Shown here: positions 19,701 through 30,237 of the stretch, in pieces
Layout of the letters: every line of letters starts with the position of its first letter
Numbering within the stretch: the stretch's first letter is position 1
Source of the DNA: an uncultured Chitinophagales bacterium
Lineage (GTDB): Bacteria > Bacteroidota > Bacteroidia > Chitinophagales > BACL12
Assembly: GCA_964638865.1 (NCBI GenBank)
Contig: CAZXBG010000003.1
Location: 11,582-68,430, forward strand
Direction of reading: 5' to 3'
DNA length: 56,849 nt
Position numbers and translations under genes: made by a program
The notes under the pieces: model-generated
What the model saw: only the letters and a program-made list of their open reading frames with translations
Databases searched by the model: none
Told to the model about the DNA's origin: nothing

Positions 19701-20508
19701 TATTACAATTGAAAATAAGGTAATCTTAGTCACAGGAGCCTTCGGGCTAATAGGCAAAACAATATCAATAAATTTTTTACATCAAGGTGCAAAGGTGATA
19801 TTGGCAGATAATAATTTTTCACAAACAGAGGCAATTTCTTCGGCTTTAAAAGAATTTGATCCGGAAAACTATTTAATAGTTGATTTGGACATTACAGAAG
19901 AAATAAGTTGTGAAAAGGTTATTGAAAAGTCAATTGCAAAATTTGGAAAGATTGATGTACTGATAAACAATGCAGCAATTGATGCCAAATTTGACAAAAG
20001 TAATATTTCGGAGGTCAATCATTCCCGATTTGAAAATTACCCACTTGAACTTTTTAAAAAATCAGTTGATGTTAATATTACAGGCACTGTATTAATGACG
20101 CAAGTAATATGCAGACAAATGCTCAAACAAGGATTTGGGAATATTATTAATGTTGCATCAACTTATTCACTAGTGGCGCCGAATCAGAAATTATATGATT
20201 TCGGTGATGGAACAATTCAATATAAACCTGTTGATTATATTGTAACAAAATCATTTATACCAAATTTTACAAAATACCTTGCAACATTTTATGCACAGAA
20301 TAATATTCGCTGCAATGCAATAGTTCCTCACGGCATATTTAATGATCACGACGAAAAATTTTTGACAAATTTTTCCTCATTGTCGCCAATGGGCCGAATG
20401 GCTGATAAAAATGAAATGTCGGGACCTTTTACATTTCTCGCTTCCGATGCATCCAGTTACATGACAGGGTCTACGCTTGTGGTGGATGGGGGATGGACTG
20501 CCTGGTAA
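19693..20508 (+). CDS. SDR oxidoreductase (PtmA/ElaC-like)
   Basis: TGAFGLIG, INNA, ASTY, YxxxK (YIVTK), VDGGWTAW. Confidence 0.88.
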   Translation: MHNITIENKVILVTGAFGLIGKTISINFLHQGAKVILADNNFSQTEAISSALKEFDPENYLIVDLDITEEISCEKVIEKSIAKFGKIDVLINNAAIDAKFDKSNISEVNHSRFENYPLELFKKSVDVNITGTVLMTQVICRQMLKQGFGNIINVASTYSLVAPNQKLYDFGDGTIQYKPVDYIVTKSFIPNFTKYLATFYAQNNIRCNAIVPHGIFNDHDEKFLTNFSSLSPMGRMADKNEMSGPFTFLASDASSYMTGSTLVVDGGWTAW

Positions 20509-20535
20509 AACAAACGTTCAATTAAAAATCTATTT

Positions 20536-21036
20536 ATGCAAAAAAAGATTAAACTTTTTTTATCGGATGTTGACGGAGTTTTGACCGACTCCGGGATGTA
20601 TTACACAGAAAGTGGTGATGAATTTAAAAAATTTAATACACATGATGGAATGGGTTTTAATCTTTTAAAAGCAGCCGGAATTAAAACAGGAATAATTACT
20701 ACTGAAAAAACAAATATTGTTAATAATCGCGCAACAAAGTTGAAAATTGACTATGTGTATCAGGGTGTCGGCTTCGGAGGGAAACTGGAATCTGCGCGAG
20801 AAATTTGCAAACTCGAAAATATAACAATGGAGGAAGTTGCCTATATTGGTGATGATATTAATTGTTTTGACTTGTTAAGTGAGGTTGGCTTAGCAGCTTG
20901 TCCTGCAAACGCTAACAAAAAAATAAAAGCCATCCCGGGCATAATTCACTTAAATAAATCCGGGGGAGATGGTGCAGTTCGGGAATTTATCGACGAATAT
21001 ATTTTAACCGGAGAACAGCATGAAGAAGGTCAATAG
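20536..21036 (+). CDS. KdsC-family HAD phosphatase (KDO8P/KDN9P phosphatase)
   Basis: DVDGVLTD, DGMG, YIGDDIND, GGDGAVRE. Confidence 0.92.
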   Translation: MQKKIKLFLSDVDGVLTDSGMYYTESGDEFKKFNTHDGMGFNLLKAAGIKTGIITTEKTNIVNNRATKLKIDYVYQGVGFGGKLESAREICKLENITMEEVAYIGDDINCFDLLSEVGLAACPANANKKIKAIPGIIHLNKSGGDGAVREFIDEYILTGEQHEEGQ

Positions 21037-21823
21037 TATTTTCTACCGATTAATTCAATTTGTTACAAAAAATTATTCTGTAACACAAAAGGAAAAATTT
21101 ATTGCGGGAATGCTTTTTTTTATCTCGAAGAAGGACAATGCCGAAACAAAAAATAAACTCCGGTTATTACTTTACGATGAGAGGCTTAAACCTTATCCTG
21201 TAGTTGGGTACCAAGAGCGTTTGAGATATTATGGCTGGTTTGAAATGTTGTCCAATCTGCAAAAGGTGGAAGGAGATATTGTGGAAGCAGGAACTGGTTA
21301 TGGCAATACATTGATCACTTTTTTGAGTGCAAATAACTATTTTAATTCTTCCAAAAAAATATATGCCTTTGATTCCTTTGAAGGATTTCCTATTCCACAT
21401 TCAAATGATATTGGCAGCAAGGTGCAACCTAACGAAAAAATATTGGGATGGGATGATGCCTCTCCAGCATTGATAGAAGACAGTATTGTATTTCACACAG
21501 CTAAAAATGATCTCAAATTAAATGCTGCATCCATCATTTTCAGAAAAGGTTTTTTTAAAGATACCATGCCGCAGGGCTTACCGGAAAAGATTAGTCTGTT
21601 GCATGTAGATAACGATTTATATGAGGGAGTATTGCAGGTGTTACATTCCAGTTTTAAAAGACTTCAACCTAATGCAGTTGTAATATTTGATGAGTATCAC
21701 GATGAAAAATGGCCGGGAGTTAAAAAGGCAGTAGATGAATTTGCCGAAATATTTACACTTAAAATTCAATATTTTCCATCTTTGCTCCGCTTTGGGTTTA
21801 TAAAAAGCGCAGAGACAACTTAA
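21020..21823 (+). CDS. TylF/MycF/NovP-family O-methyltransferase
   Basis: GDIVEAG, FDSFEGFP, KGFFKDT, LHVDNDLY, FDEY. Confidence 0.88.
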   Translation: MKKVNSIFYRLIQFVTKNYSVTQKEKFIAGMLFFISKKDNAETKNKLRLLLYDERLKPYPVVGYQERLRYYGWFEMLSNLQKVEGDIVEAGTGYGNTLITFLSANNYFNSSKKIYAFDSFEGFPIPHSNDIGSKVQPNEKILGWDDASPALIEDSIVFHTAKNDLKLNAASIIFRKGFFKDTMPQGLPEKISLLHVDNDLYEGVLQVLHSSFKRLQPNAVVIFDEYHDEKWPGVKKAVDEFAEIFTLKIQYFPSLLRFGFIKSAETT

Positions 21824-21825
21824 AT

Positions 21826-23346
21826 ATGTCGATAACCAAAAACTTTATCAAAAATTTGGCGAGTAACTACTTTATTCTCTTTTTAAAGATCATTTATTCA
21901 ATCTTATTCGTTCCCATAATTTTAAATGTTTATGGCGAAGCACAATTTGGAATGTATATGCTGATATTCGGGCTAACATACACGATAGGTTTTTTTGATT
22001 TTGGCGCAGGCAAATCAGTTTTGAAATATGCAGCGGAATATAAAGCCGACAATGACCGAAATAAATTTCAGGAAGCGTTTTCCGTTAATATTTCACTTAT
22101 ACTCATTTCGTCGGTAGTTATTTTTTTACTTATTATGCTTTTAAGTTTATGGGCAGGGCCCTTATTTAATATAGAAGCCGATCAACTTCAATTGGCGCGC
22201 ACTGTTTTTATTGTTTCCGCATTGAACGGAGTGGTTTTGTTTCTCGATTATATTCCTTCCAATATTTTAACCGGTTTTAGTTATTTTCATAAACGCAATA
22301 AACTACAGTTGCTTCCTCTTGCCTTAAACATGGGTTTACTTTATATCGTAGCTGTTTTGTCAAAAATTACTTTGATCCAGTATTGTTTGCTAACAACGGG
22401 CATTAATCTGATATTTTTAATAGGTGACATTATATTACTCAGATCAATCCCTGAAATGAGAGAGGTGAAATTTGCTTTACATTTTAAAAAAGATCTTTTA
22501 TCCAATAAGTATACGAAGTTCTCCATAGTATTATTTGCTATTTCCGCAGTTGGCTTTTTAGGGATTCAATCAGACAGGATTATTCTCGCTTCCATCATAA
22601 ACATTTCGGCAGTTACCATTTACACCATTGTAACACGACCCTATTTTTTACTGAAAACGATCATGGGTAGCAGTTACAGTGTTATCCAACCTATACTGAT
22701 CAAAACACAGCTTTTAGATGAGGAACGTTTTTTTGGAATACTGGAAAGATTTACAAGAATTTCATTTATCATGATCTTCAGTGTTGTATTGATTTTCAGT
22801 ATCTTTTTTGAAACAATTATGCGTTTATGGTTGTCTACTGCTAATTACGATGAGTATACAATATGGGGTATTTTTGCATTGATCAATATTTGCATCCCGA
22901 CGTTATATGGTGCCATATCACGAACCTTACTATTAACCACAGGTTCAGGTAATTTATTAAAGTATAATTCTATTGCCATAACAATAAATTTTATCAGCAG
23001 CATCTTCCTTGTTTATTATATTGGATTTCAAGGCGTTATAATTGGTACTACAATACAGTTCATTTTTGAATTTTATGTGATCAATCTAATTTCTATTAAA
23101 CATTTAAAATTTCCATTGAGAAGGATATTTTCCAAAGACTTTGTATTATATTCCCTATTACTGTTAGCCACTGCAGTAATATTTCGTTTGATTTTTGAAG
23201 GAATGGCTCCGTTAGTGACAGGGCAGTTCATGTTACTGTTGAGCATGACTATTGTTGTTTTTGGAATACTCAACTACCTGTTTATTTCAAATACAGGATA
23301 CGGCTTTCTGTTCAGGAGATCATACTGGCAAAATATAAATTCGTGA
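21826..23346 (+). CDS. wzx: Wzx oligosaccharide flippase
   Basis: 506 aa, many TM segments, FGMY...DFG pattern, SDRIIL; locus context. Confidence 0.85.
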   Translation: MSITKNFIKNLASNYFILFLKIIYSILFVPIILNVYGEAQFGMYMLIFGLTYTIGFFDFGAGKSVLKYAAEYKADNDRNKFQEAFSVNISLILISSVVIFLLIMLLSLWAGPLFNIEADQLQLARTVFIVSALNGVVLFLDYIPSNILTGFSYFHKRNKLQLLPLALNMGLLYIVAVLSKITLIQYCLLTTGINLIFLIGDIILLRSIPEMREVKFALHFKKDLLSNKYTKFSIVLFAISAVGFLGIQSDRIILASIINISAVTIYTIVTRPYFLLKTIMGSSYSVIQPILIKTQLLDEERFFGILERFTRISFIMIFSVVLIFSIFFETIMRLWLSTANYDEYTIWGIFALINICIPTLYGAISRTLLLTTGSGNLLKYNSIAITINFISSIFLVYYIGFQGVIIGTTIQFIFEFYVINLISIKHLKFPLRRIFSKDFVLYSLLLLATAVIFRLIFEGMAPLVTGQFMLLLSMTIVVFGILNYLFISNTGYGFLFRRSYWQNINS

Positions 23347-24677
23347 TGGAACCTCAAACTATCAAAATTGGAATACTGGCACAATATCTCGGAACCCGAA
23401 ATGATGTTCGATTACTTATTAATGGTATAGCTCAGAAATCAGATGTCACCCTATACCTTAAAGAGGCAGATAAGATTTCAGAACAAAATCTCAATTCCAA
23501 TATAAGATTTCAATATTTCAGCAACAAGTCAAATAAACTAAAACACTATTTTGTTTATGCCATCTATAAATTATTTGGCAAGATACCACGCAGCAGGAAT
23601 AATTACTTTGTAACCGAAAATTTTAAGATCGCGAATTCTGATTTTAAAGGTATTCACCGTTTTATTGAACGTTTTATTTTAAATTCTTCGAAATTTACTC
23701 CTAAGTTTATTAGTTACGACAGCTTTTTAACAATGTTGGCTCCTCCAAAAGAGAATTCAATGAGTGAACAGCATGTTTTTCTTTGTATTACCCAGATCTA
23801 TGATGATGCTCTTTTCCGGGTAATGATAGAAACCGGAAAAAAAGTATTTGTATATGTTTATAGCTGGGATCATGCCTGCAAAATGAAATGTTTTTCAAAA
23901 AATAAAAATGTTTTTTATTTAGTTTGGAGTAAAGAAATTCACGGTGATCTGGAACAACTACATGGCATAGCCTCCGAAAATATTATGGTTACAGGTGCAA
24001 CACAATTTGTCTATTTACATCAATATCTCAACGAAAATAAAATATCATCCCGCTCGGCTGCCAACAAAAAATATATTTATATACCAATGGCAACGGGCAC
24101 AAAGAACCTTACTCCAGAGGAAGTGCAATTATATGGAGCAATTATTCAAAAAATTCGATCTCAAGGGATTGATGTAAAGATCATTATAAGGCCATACCCA
24201 TTTCTTAAAAACTGGGATCTTTATGCTTCATTACTTAAATTACCTAACGTGGAAATTGAGAAGGATTACCGTGAAAATGCAAATACACAAAATGTATCTG
24301 AAGAAAATCTGCTGAAAAAATATTCCATGCTTCAAAATGCGAGTTTAGTTATACATTGCGGTACAACACTTGGACTGGAAGGCTCTTATCTGGATGTTCC
24401 TGTGCTATTTGCAGATCTCAGCAAAACCATGCGCCTATCGCAACTCGATAAATTCGTGCATCAATTTCAGAATGATAAATATTTAAATCTAACTGCTTTT
24501 CCAAATGTTTTAAAATCAATAGAAGATCTGGCAGTATTAGTATCAAAAGCATTAAAGGCTCCGGCTTCCTATTTACCATATAATATTCAGTGTAAAAAAG
24601 TTGCCGAAGTAAAGAGTTCAGGAGAAATAATCAAACGGTTTCTGGAAATAATGACTTCTGAAAATATTCATGTTTAA
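23343..24677 (+). CDS. Putative GT-B transferase, candidate nonulosonate transferase
   Basis: SWDH, LVWS, VTGATQF, IIRPYP and TTLGLE motifs; directly after the CMP-nonulosonate module and wzx. Confidence 0.5.
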   Translation: MMEPQTIKIGILAQYLGTRNDVRLLINGIAQKSDVTLYLKEADKISEQNLNSNIRFQYFSNKSNKLKHYFVYAIYKLFGKIPRSRNNYFVTENFKIANSDFKGIHRFIERFILNSSKFTPKFISYDSFLTMLAPPKENSMSEQHVFLCITQIYDDALFRVMIETGKKVFVYVYSWDHACKMKCFSKNKNVFYLVWSKEIHGDLEQLHGIASENIMVTGATQFVYLHQYLNENKISSRSAANKKYIYIPMATGTKNLTPEEVQLYGAIIQKIRSQGIDVKIIIRPYPFLKNWDLYASLLKLPNVEIEKDYRENANTQNVSEENLLKKYSMLQNASLVIHCGTTLGLEGSYLDVPVLFADLSKTMRLSQLDKFVHQFQNDKYLNLTAFPNVLKSIEDLAVLVSKALKAPASYLPYNIQCKKVAEVKSSGEIIKRFLEIMTSENIHV

Positions 24678-24687
24678 CTAATTAAGG

Positions 24688-25635
24688 ATGCCATCCGTTT
24701 TAACGCCATTAGAGAACGAAAAAAATCTGATTAAAAGAATCAGAAATAAATTCCACCGTGAATTTATTCAAATTCCACAAAGAAGCAGATTGAGAAAACG
24801 ATTCATCAATACATTACCTTTATATTCCACTTATCCTTCAAATAAATATTCTATCCATAGTTTATTATGCCACCGAGATGTAGAAATGGGTATTTGCTGT
24901 TTTAAGGCATTCAACTATTTTGCAGGAGGCAATTTTGAATTCATAGTACACGACGATGGATCATTAACGGATAGCGATATCCAATATATAAGAAACCAGG
25001 TGGTAGCGAAAATTCACACCAAATCAGAATCCGACGAGATCGCATTTCAGACACTTCAACTATTTCCAAACATTTTAAAATACAGGAACAGTCATTTTCT
25101 TGCTTTAAAATTAATTGATGTAATACTATTGGGATCCGGAACACGAATGGCCTACCTTGATTCGGATATATTGTTTTTCCAAAAACCTGAATTTTATTTG
25201 GAGACATTTATGACTCAGGAAAAAAGTAAAAATTATTTTAATAAAGATTTTTTTGATGCATATATCGATTCACCGGAGAACATTCAAAAAAATCTCGGTG
25301 TTTTTCCATTTCCCTTTATCAATGCAGGACTATGGGTTTGCAATAAAGAAGATCTTGATCTGCACAAAATTGAAGAATGGTTAGCTACAGAATATTTGAA
25401 ACCCTTTATAAATTTCTATCGACTGGAGCAAACCCTTTTAAGTTTATTGGCGAGAGAAAGCGCTCATGGTGCAGATTATCTTCCGGAAGGTTATAATGTT
25501 GACCTGTTAAAACTTCCGCAGAATTGTATAGGAAAACATTACGTCGGAAAAATCCGTCATGGGTTTGAATTAGAGGGAATAAGATATCTTTTGCAAGCTG
25601 GTCATATAGTCCCTGATATAGGAAAACACATATAA
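24688..25635 (+). CDS. Putative GT-A glycosyltransferase
   Basis: HDDGSL, YLDSDILF DxD, INAGL, EQT. Confidence 0.65.
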   Translation: MPSVLTPLENEKNLIKRIRNKFHREFIQIPQRSRLRKRFINTLPLYSTYPSNKYSIHSLLCHRDVEMGICCFKAFNYFAGGNFEFIVHDDGSLTDSDIQYIRNQVVAKIHTKSESDEIAFQTLQLFPNILKYRNSHFLALKLIDVILLGSGTRMAYLDSDILFFQKPEFYLETFMTQEKSKNYFNKDFFDAYIDSPENIQKNLGVFPFPFINAGLWVCNKEDLDLHKIEEWLATEYLKPFINFYRLEQTLLSLLARESAHGADYLPEGYNVDLLKLPQNCIGKHYVGKIRHGFELEGIRYLLQAGHIVPDIGKHI

Positions 25636-25641
25636 TCTCTT

Positions 25642-26712
25642 TTGAAAAAATTAAAAGTTGCAATATTTCCATATGGAAAGGAACAGGAAAATCCTTATCA
25701 GAATATAATTATTAGTGCGCTTAAAAATAACGGTATTGAAGTGATAGCAGTTCCAGGTAGAAAAATTTTCCCATTACTTCATGTGTTGAAACAAAAACCC
25801 GATATTATACATTTGTTTTGGCCTTTTGATATGTATTTGGGCAGAACAGGATTATTAACCTTTATAAAAAGGATGATGTTATTGCTGACCTTACCTTTAT
25901 TGAAAAAAACGCCGTGTATTTATTCCGCAGACAATATTGTTTCACACGATACAAAGAATCAAGAATCAGAGATTTACTGGATATCTCAAATAATAAAAAG
26001 CTGCAAAGGCATTCTATTTATGAGCAATGCTGCAAAGGAAATTTTTGAAGGTTATTATAATACAAACACATTAAAAACATTGGTCGTTCCTCATCCTAAT
26101 TATATGGCATATTATCCCAATGAAACGGACAAATTTAAATCCAGAGAATATCTTAATTTGGATCCCGGGAAAAAAATCATCCTTTTATTAGGAAGAGTTG
26201 AACAATATAAGGGTGTAGAAGAATTAATTTCCGCATTTAATGAAATAAATGATGCAGAAAGCATTTTATTAATTGCCGGGAAATCCACAAATCCGAAATA
26301 TATTGACCATTTAAAGAACATCATTCCAACCGGATTAAAAAGCACTTTGATATTCATAAATAAATTTATTCCTGAACAGGAATTGCAATACTTTTTTAAC
26401 GCATCGGATGCTGTGGTTATCAATTATAAGGATATACCTTTAAATCCGGGGTCACTCATCATGGCGATGGGATTTGGTTCTTTTATTATTGCACCTGTAT
26501 CCAAAGTGTTAGAGGAATTAACCGACCCTTCCTGTTCTATTTTATATGAAGCGGATAATGAAGAGGCGTTAAAAAATGCGCTGCAGCAATTTATATTAGG
26601 CGGAGTAAATGAAAATTGCAGATTGCAAGTAATGAACAAGATAAAAGTTAACCACGATCCCATGATCTTAGGAGATAAATTACACTCATTTTATCAATCT
26701 TTGATGACCTAA
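25642..26712 (+). CDS. GT4-family glycosyltransferase
   Basis: NPYQ, GRVEQYKGVEELI, GT-B C-terminal pattern. Confidence 0.85.
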   Translation: MKKLKVAIFPYGKEQENPYQNIIISALKNNGIEVIAVPGRKIFPLLHVLKQKPDIIHLFWPFDMYLGRTGLLTFIKRMMLLLTLPLLKKTPCIYSADNIVSHDTKNQESEIYWISQIIKSCKGILFMSNAAKEIFEGYYNTNTLKTLVVPHPNYMAYYPNETDKFKSREYLNLDPGKKIILLLGRVEQYKGVEELISAFNEINDAESILLIAGKSTNPKYIDHLKNIIPTGLKSTLIFINKFIPEQELQYFFNASDAVVINYKDIPLNPGSLIMAMGFGSFIIAPVSKVLEELTDPSCSILYEADNEEALKNALQQFILGGVNENCRLQVMNKIKVNHDPMILGDKLHSFYQSLMT

Positions 26713-26824
26713 AATGAATATCGATAACTGGTCGATTAAGTTTTATTTATATGAATAGTCATTCTTTCTGAACAGTGATAAAAGTATATTCAGTAAATTA
26801 AAAACAATTTGAAAAAATATAACA

Positions 26825-28072
26825 TTGAATTTTAGGTCCCGATTTATTTTAATAACGATTTTCACGTTGACGATATCTTTTGTTTTGCACAAACTTTTTT
26901 ATGATTCGCGGGAAAATAAAAATTGGATAGGGCCTTATTTATCTTCAGCGGCCAATTTACAAATGTTTGGAAGTTTTCAAATTGATGAGGCAAAAGTAAT
27001 TGATTTTAAAGAATTAAATCCACGAGAGCAATATCACTATCAGTTTAAAAAATCTGATAATTTAAGTTCATACACACACAATCCTATAGGATATTCGTAT
27101 ATTATAAGAATTGCCGCAACTATGTTCCCATTTTTAGGGAATTCGGAAAGTCTTATCCTGTTCCAGGTACTGATGCATTTATTTATAAGCCTTTTAATTC
27201 TTTATCAATTCAGAACAACTAATCGTTTCATACTAATCTTTTCTATATTTTATGTTTGCAATCCTTTCATACTGTACTTCGTGGTACTAAACTATTATTA
27301 CTTCTGGCAATGTATTCCGGGATTTATGATGATCTATATTATCCTCTCCCAGCCAAAACGACAATGGATAGTTATCATGTGCACTATAATTTTATTGTTC
27401 GCCACGCTAGCAAGACCGACTATATTATTTCTGTCTCTTTTCACACTAATACTTCTATACCGCAAATATTCTGTAACTTTCGCAACGCTTACCATAGCAA
27501 TTTCAACATTGTTTTTTATCCTGATAAACAAACCCACAGAAAAAATTATCTGGCATACTGTTTATGTAGGCATAGGAGCTTACCCAAATTCAAATGTGTC
27601 TTATTTATCTGACAATTTTGGATACCAATTATATCGCGACAGTACGGGAACAGAACTAAATGCCAGTTTGGGTGGAAATTATTATGACGACAGTGTAATA
27701 AAAAGATATTCTGAGATCACCAAGAACACTGCAATCGGGATCTTAAAAAAAGACCCTGCTCTGTTTATCAGAAATGCCCTCAGTAATACTTTTCAGTGTT
27801 TTTCCATTGGATATGTAAAAACCAATTCACCTATACTAAACATTATCTCAGCAATACTCGGATTACTTTATTGTATTTTACTTTGGAAAAGTAAACAAAA
27901 TTTTATAATTGTATCCATTTTGTTGTATGCATTTATGTTTTTCGTGTATTACCCTCCAATTCCGGCATATTTATTTGGGGCATATATTTTGCTTGTATTT
28001 TCTTTTTACAATGTTTTATCTTATTATAAACCGCAATTCGCACCTCCTATTACATTTAAGTATCCGTTTTAA
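26825..28072 (+). CDS. Multi-pass membrane protein, possible GT-C-like modifier
   Basis: Hydrophobic TM runs, PIGY and LARP motifs, large loop; start uncertain (TTG). Confidence 0.55.
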   Translation: MNFRSRFILITIFTLTISFVLHKLFYDSRENKNWIGPYLSSAANLQMFGSFQIDEAKVIDFKELNPREQYHYQFKKSDNLSSYTHNPIGYSYIIRIAATMFPFLGNSESLILFQVLMHLFISLLILYQFRTTNRFILIFSIFYVCNPFILYFVVLNYYYFWQCIPGFMMIYIILSQPKRQWIVIMCTIILLFATLARPTILFLSLFTLILLYRKYSVTFATLTIAISTLFFILINKPTEKIIWHTVYVGIGAYPNSNVSYLSDNFGYQLYRDSTGTELNASLGGNYYDDSVIKRYSEITKNTAIGILKKDPALFIRNALSNTFQCFSIGYVKTNSPILNIISAILGLLYCILLWKSKQNFIIVSILLYAFMFFVYYPPIPAYLFGAYILLVFSFYNVLSYYKPQFAPPITFKYPF

Positions 28073-28081
28073 CTATTTTGA

Positions 28082-29128
28082 ATGTATCCTAAAAAAAAGA
28101 TATTATTTATAAGTTCCAATGATGGGTCTGATATGCGTATAAACAAAGAACTGCACACGCTTTCCCAAATATTTGAAATTACCTATCTCGGAGTAGGCAC
28201 CACAAATGTTGATTCCTATGCTCGTGAATATTGCAAATACTTTTATCTCGTAGTCGGTAAAAGAAATCATCCCGCAACAATTCTGAAACAATTTTTACTC
28301 GTCGCAAAACTATTGCGTAAAAATTATAGCTCTATTCATATCATTAACGAACAATTAATGATATTTTTCTATCCATTTTTGTTCAGAAAACATCTGGTGC
28401 TGGATATATTTGATTCTATTTTTCTCACTTTGAATAAAAGTAAAAATAAATGGAGATTGCTGAAAAAAATAATATACGCTCCTGTTAATATTATTCTGGT
28501 GACCGACAGCAACAGGAAAACATTTATGCCTGATTTTGTGCAACACAAGGTTCAGTTATTGGAAAACTATCCCATTAAATTTACGAATTCAATAATTAAG
28601 AATTCCGAAAAAAATAAAGTAACCATTTTGTATAATGGCTGGCTTGGAAATTCAAGAGGAACTGAATTGGTTCAAAAAATACTTTCGGCAAACAGAAATG
28701 TAAAAATAATTATGGTTGGTTGGTTTGCCGATGAGGAAAGCAGGGAATTGATATCCAATCCCTCGGTGGAGTATCGGGGAATTATGTCGCAAGCGAATGC
28801 ATTAAATATTGCTGCCGAAGAATCGGATTATATTTTATGTGTTTACGCACCAAAGAATGATAATAATATTAACGCAAGTCCTAATAAGATTTACGATGGG
28901 CTGCAAACGAGAACTCCCGTGATTATAAATGCAGAAATTGCTATCTCCAATTTTGTGAAGGAGAATGGATTGGGAATTGTAATAGAGAAATATGAAGTGG
29001 AGGATATCAATAATTTGATCGACGAACTTTTTGCGAGAAAAAACACATTTGAATTTAATCCCGAAATGGCGGATGAATTTACTTGGGAGAAAATTGAAGG
29101 CGTTTTAATTAAGGCTCATCAAATATGA
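28082..29128 (+). CDS. GT4-like glycosyltransferase
   Basis: DMRINKE, LENYP, ASPNKIYD. Confidence 0.75.
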   Translation: MYPKKKILFISSNDGSDMRINKELHTLSQIFEITYLGVGTTNVDSYAREYCKYFYLVVGKRNHPATILKQFLLVAKLLRKNYSSIHIINEQLMIFFYPFLFRKHLVLDIFDSIFLTLNKSKNKWRLLKKIIYAPVNIILVTDSNRKTFMPDFVQHKVQLLENYPIKFTNSIIKNSEKNKVTILYNGWLGNSRGTELVQKILSANRNVKIIMVGWFADEESRELISNPSVEYRGIMSQANALNIAAEESDYILCVYAPKNDNNINASPNKIYDGLQTRTPVIINAEIAISNFVKENGLGIVIEKYEVEDINNLIDELFARKNTFEFNPEMADEFTWEKIEGVLIKAHQI

Positions 29129-30237
29129 AAATACTTTTCTGCACCAATGCCTATGAAGTGGTTTCCAATGGCCCTGCAAAATTCGCACATTTGCTTTTAA
29201 AGATCAACGAATTATATCCTCAGCACGAAATCAAAATACTTACTGAGGATATAACAAATCCGGATGAGCAATCGGTGTATAAACAAACATTACGTATTCC
29301 TAAAATGTATAGAAAATTGGGAATGTTCCTACGTATGTTCCAATATCATCGCAGAGCAATGGAGATCAAACGCAACGATTTTAATTTTGATCATCTGGTT
29401 TACAATAATGCAATAGTTGCCCTTTGGAGTGGTTTAAAATTTAAGAATACAGTAGGGTTTATTAATGATGACAACAATTCGAATATTTCGTGGAAAAAAG
29501 GAATTTTTGGTTTTAAATGGTCAAAACCGCATCTTTTTTTCCTAGTGGAAAAATTGGCCTGTAGAAGTTGCAATAAAATAGTGGTAAACTCACAGTATTT
29601 GTTAAAAGAATTAACAACAAAATATAAAATTCCCAGGCATAAAATATTTCTTTTATACAAATCAATTGCTCCAGTTAATAAGGTTTCAAGAACCGAAAAT
29701 GCGATTCCGGTGATCTTATTTGTTAAGAATGATTATATTCGTGGCGGACTTTTTACATTGATTGATGCATTAAAAGAATTAAAAATAAATGTACATTTGA
29801 TCATTGCAGGTATTGCAGATCCTGAAATTCCGAGAATAATCCACTATTTAAGGAATGTATCATTTCAATATAATTTAAATGGGATCATTAAACAGCAGGA
29901 AGTATTTGAACTGATGAAAAGAGCAGACATTTTTTGTGTTCCATCTTTTCAGGAGGCATTAGGAGTGGCTAATATCGAAGCAATGGCGCATGGATGCTCC
30001 ATAATTTCATCCAATAGTGGTGGCATTCCGGAAGTGCTCGATAACGGTTCGTGCGGATGGATGATAGAAGCGGGACATGTATCCCAACTAAAAGAAGCGA
30101 TCAAGGAATGTTTAAATAACGAAACATTACGTGAAGAAAAAAAATCGAATGCATTAAAAATGATTAACAAATTTCAACTCGAATTAATGTTACAAAATTT
30201 TCTTACAATTATAAGCGTAAATGGAAAAAGCGCCTAG
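29125..30237 (+). CDS. GT4-family glycosyltransferase
   Basis: PSFQEALGVANIEAMA EX7E motif, GGIPEV. Confidence 0.9.
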   Translation: MKILFCTNAYEVVSNGPAKFAHLLLKINELYPQHEIKILTEDITNPDEQSVYKQTLRIPKMYRKLGMFLRMFQYHRRAMEIKRNDFNFDHLVYNNAIVALWSGLKFKNTVGFINDDNNSNISWKKGIFGFKWSKPHLFFLVEKLACRSCNKIVVNSQYLLKELTTKYKIPRHKIFLLYKSIAPVNKVSRTENAIPVILFVKNDYIRGGLFTLIDALKELKINVHLIIAGIADPEIPRIIHYLRNVSFQYNLNGIIKQQEVFELMKRADIFCVPSFQEALGVANIEAMAHGCSIISSNSGGIPEVLDNGSCGWMIEAGHVSQLKEAIKECLNNETLREEKKSNALKMINKFQLELMLQNFLTIISVNGKSA

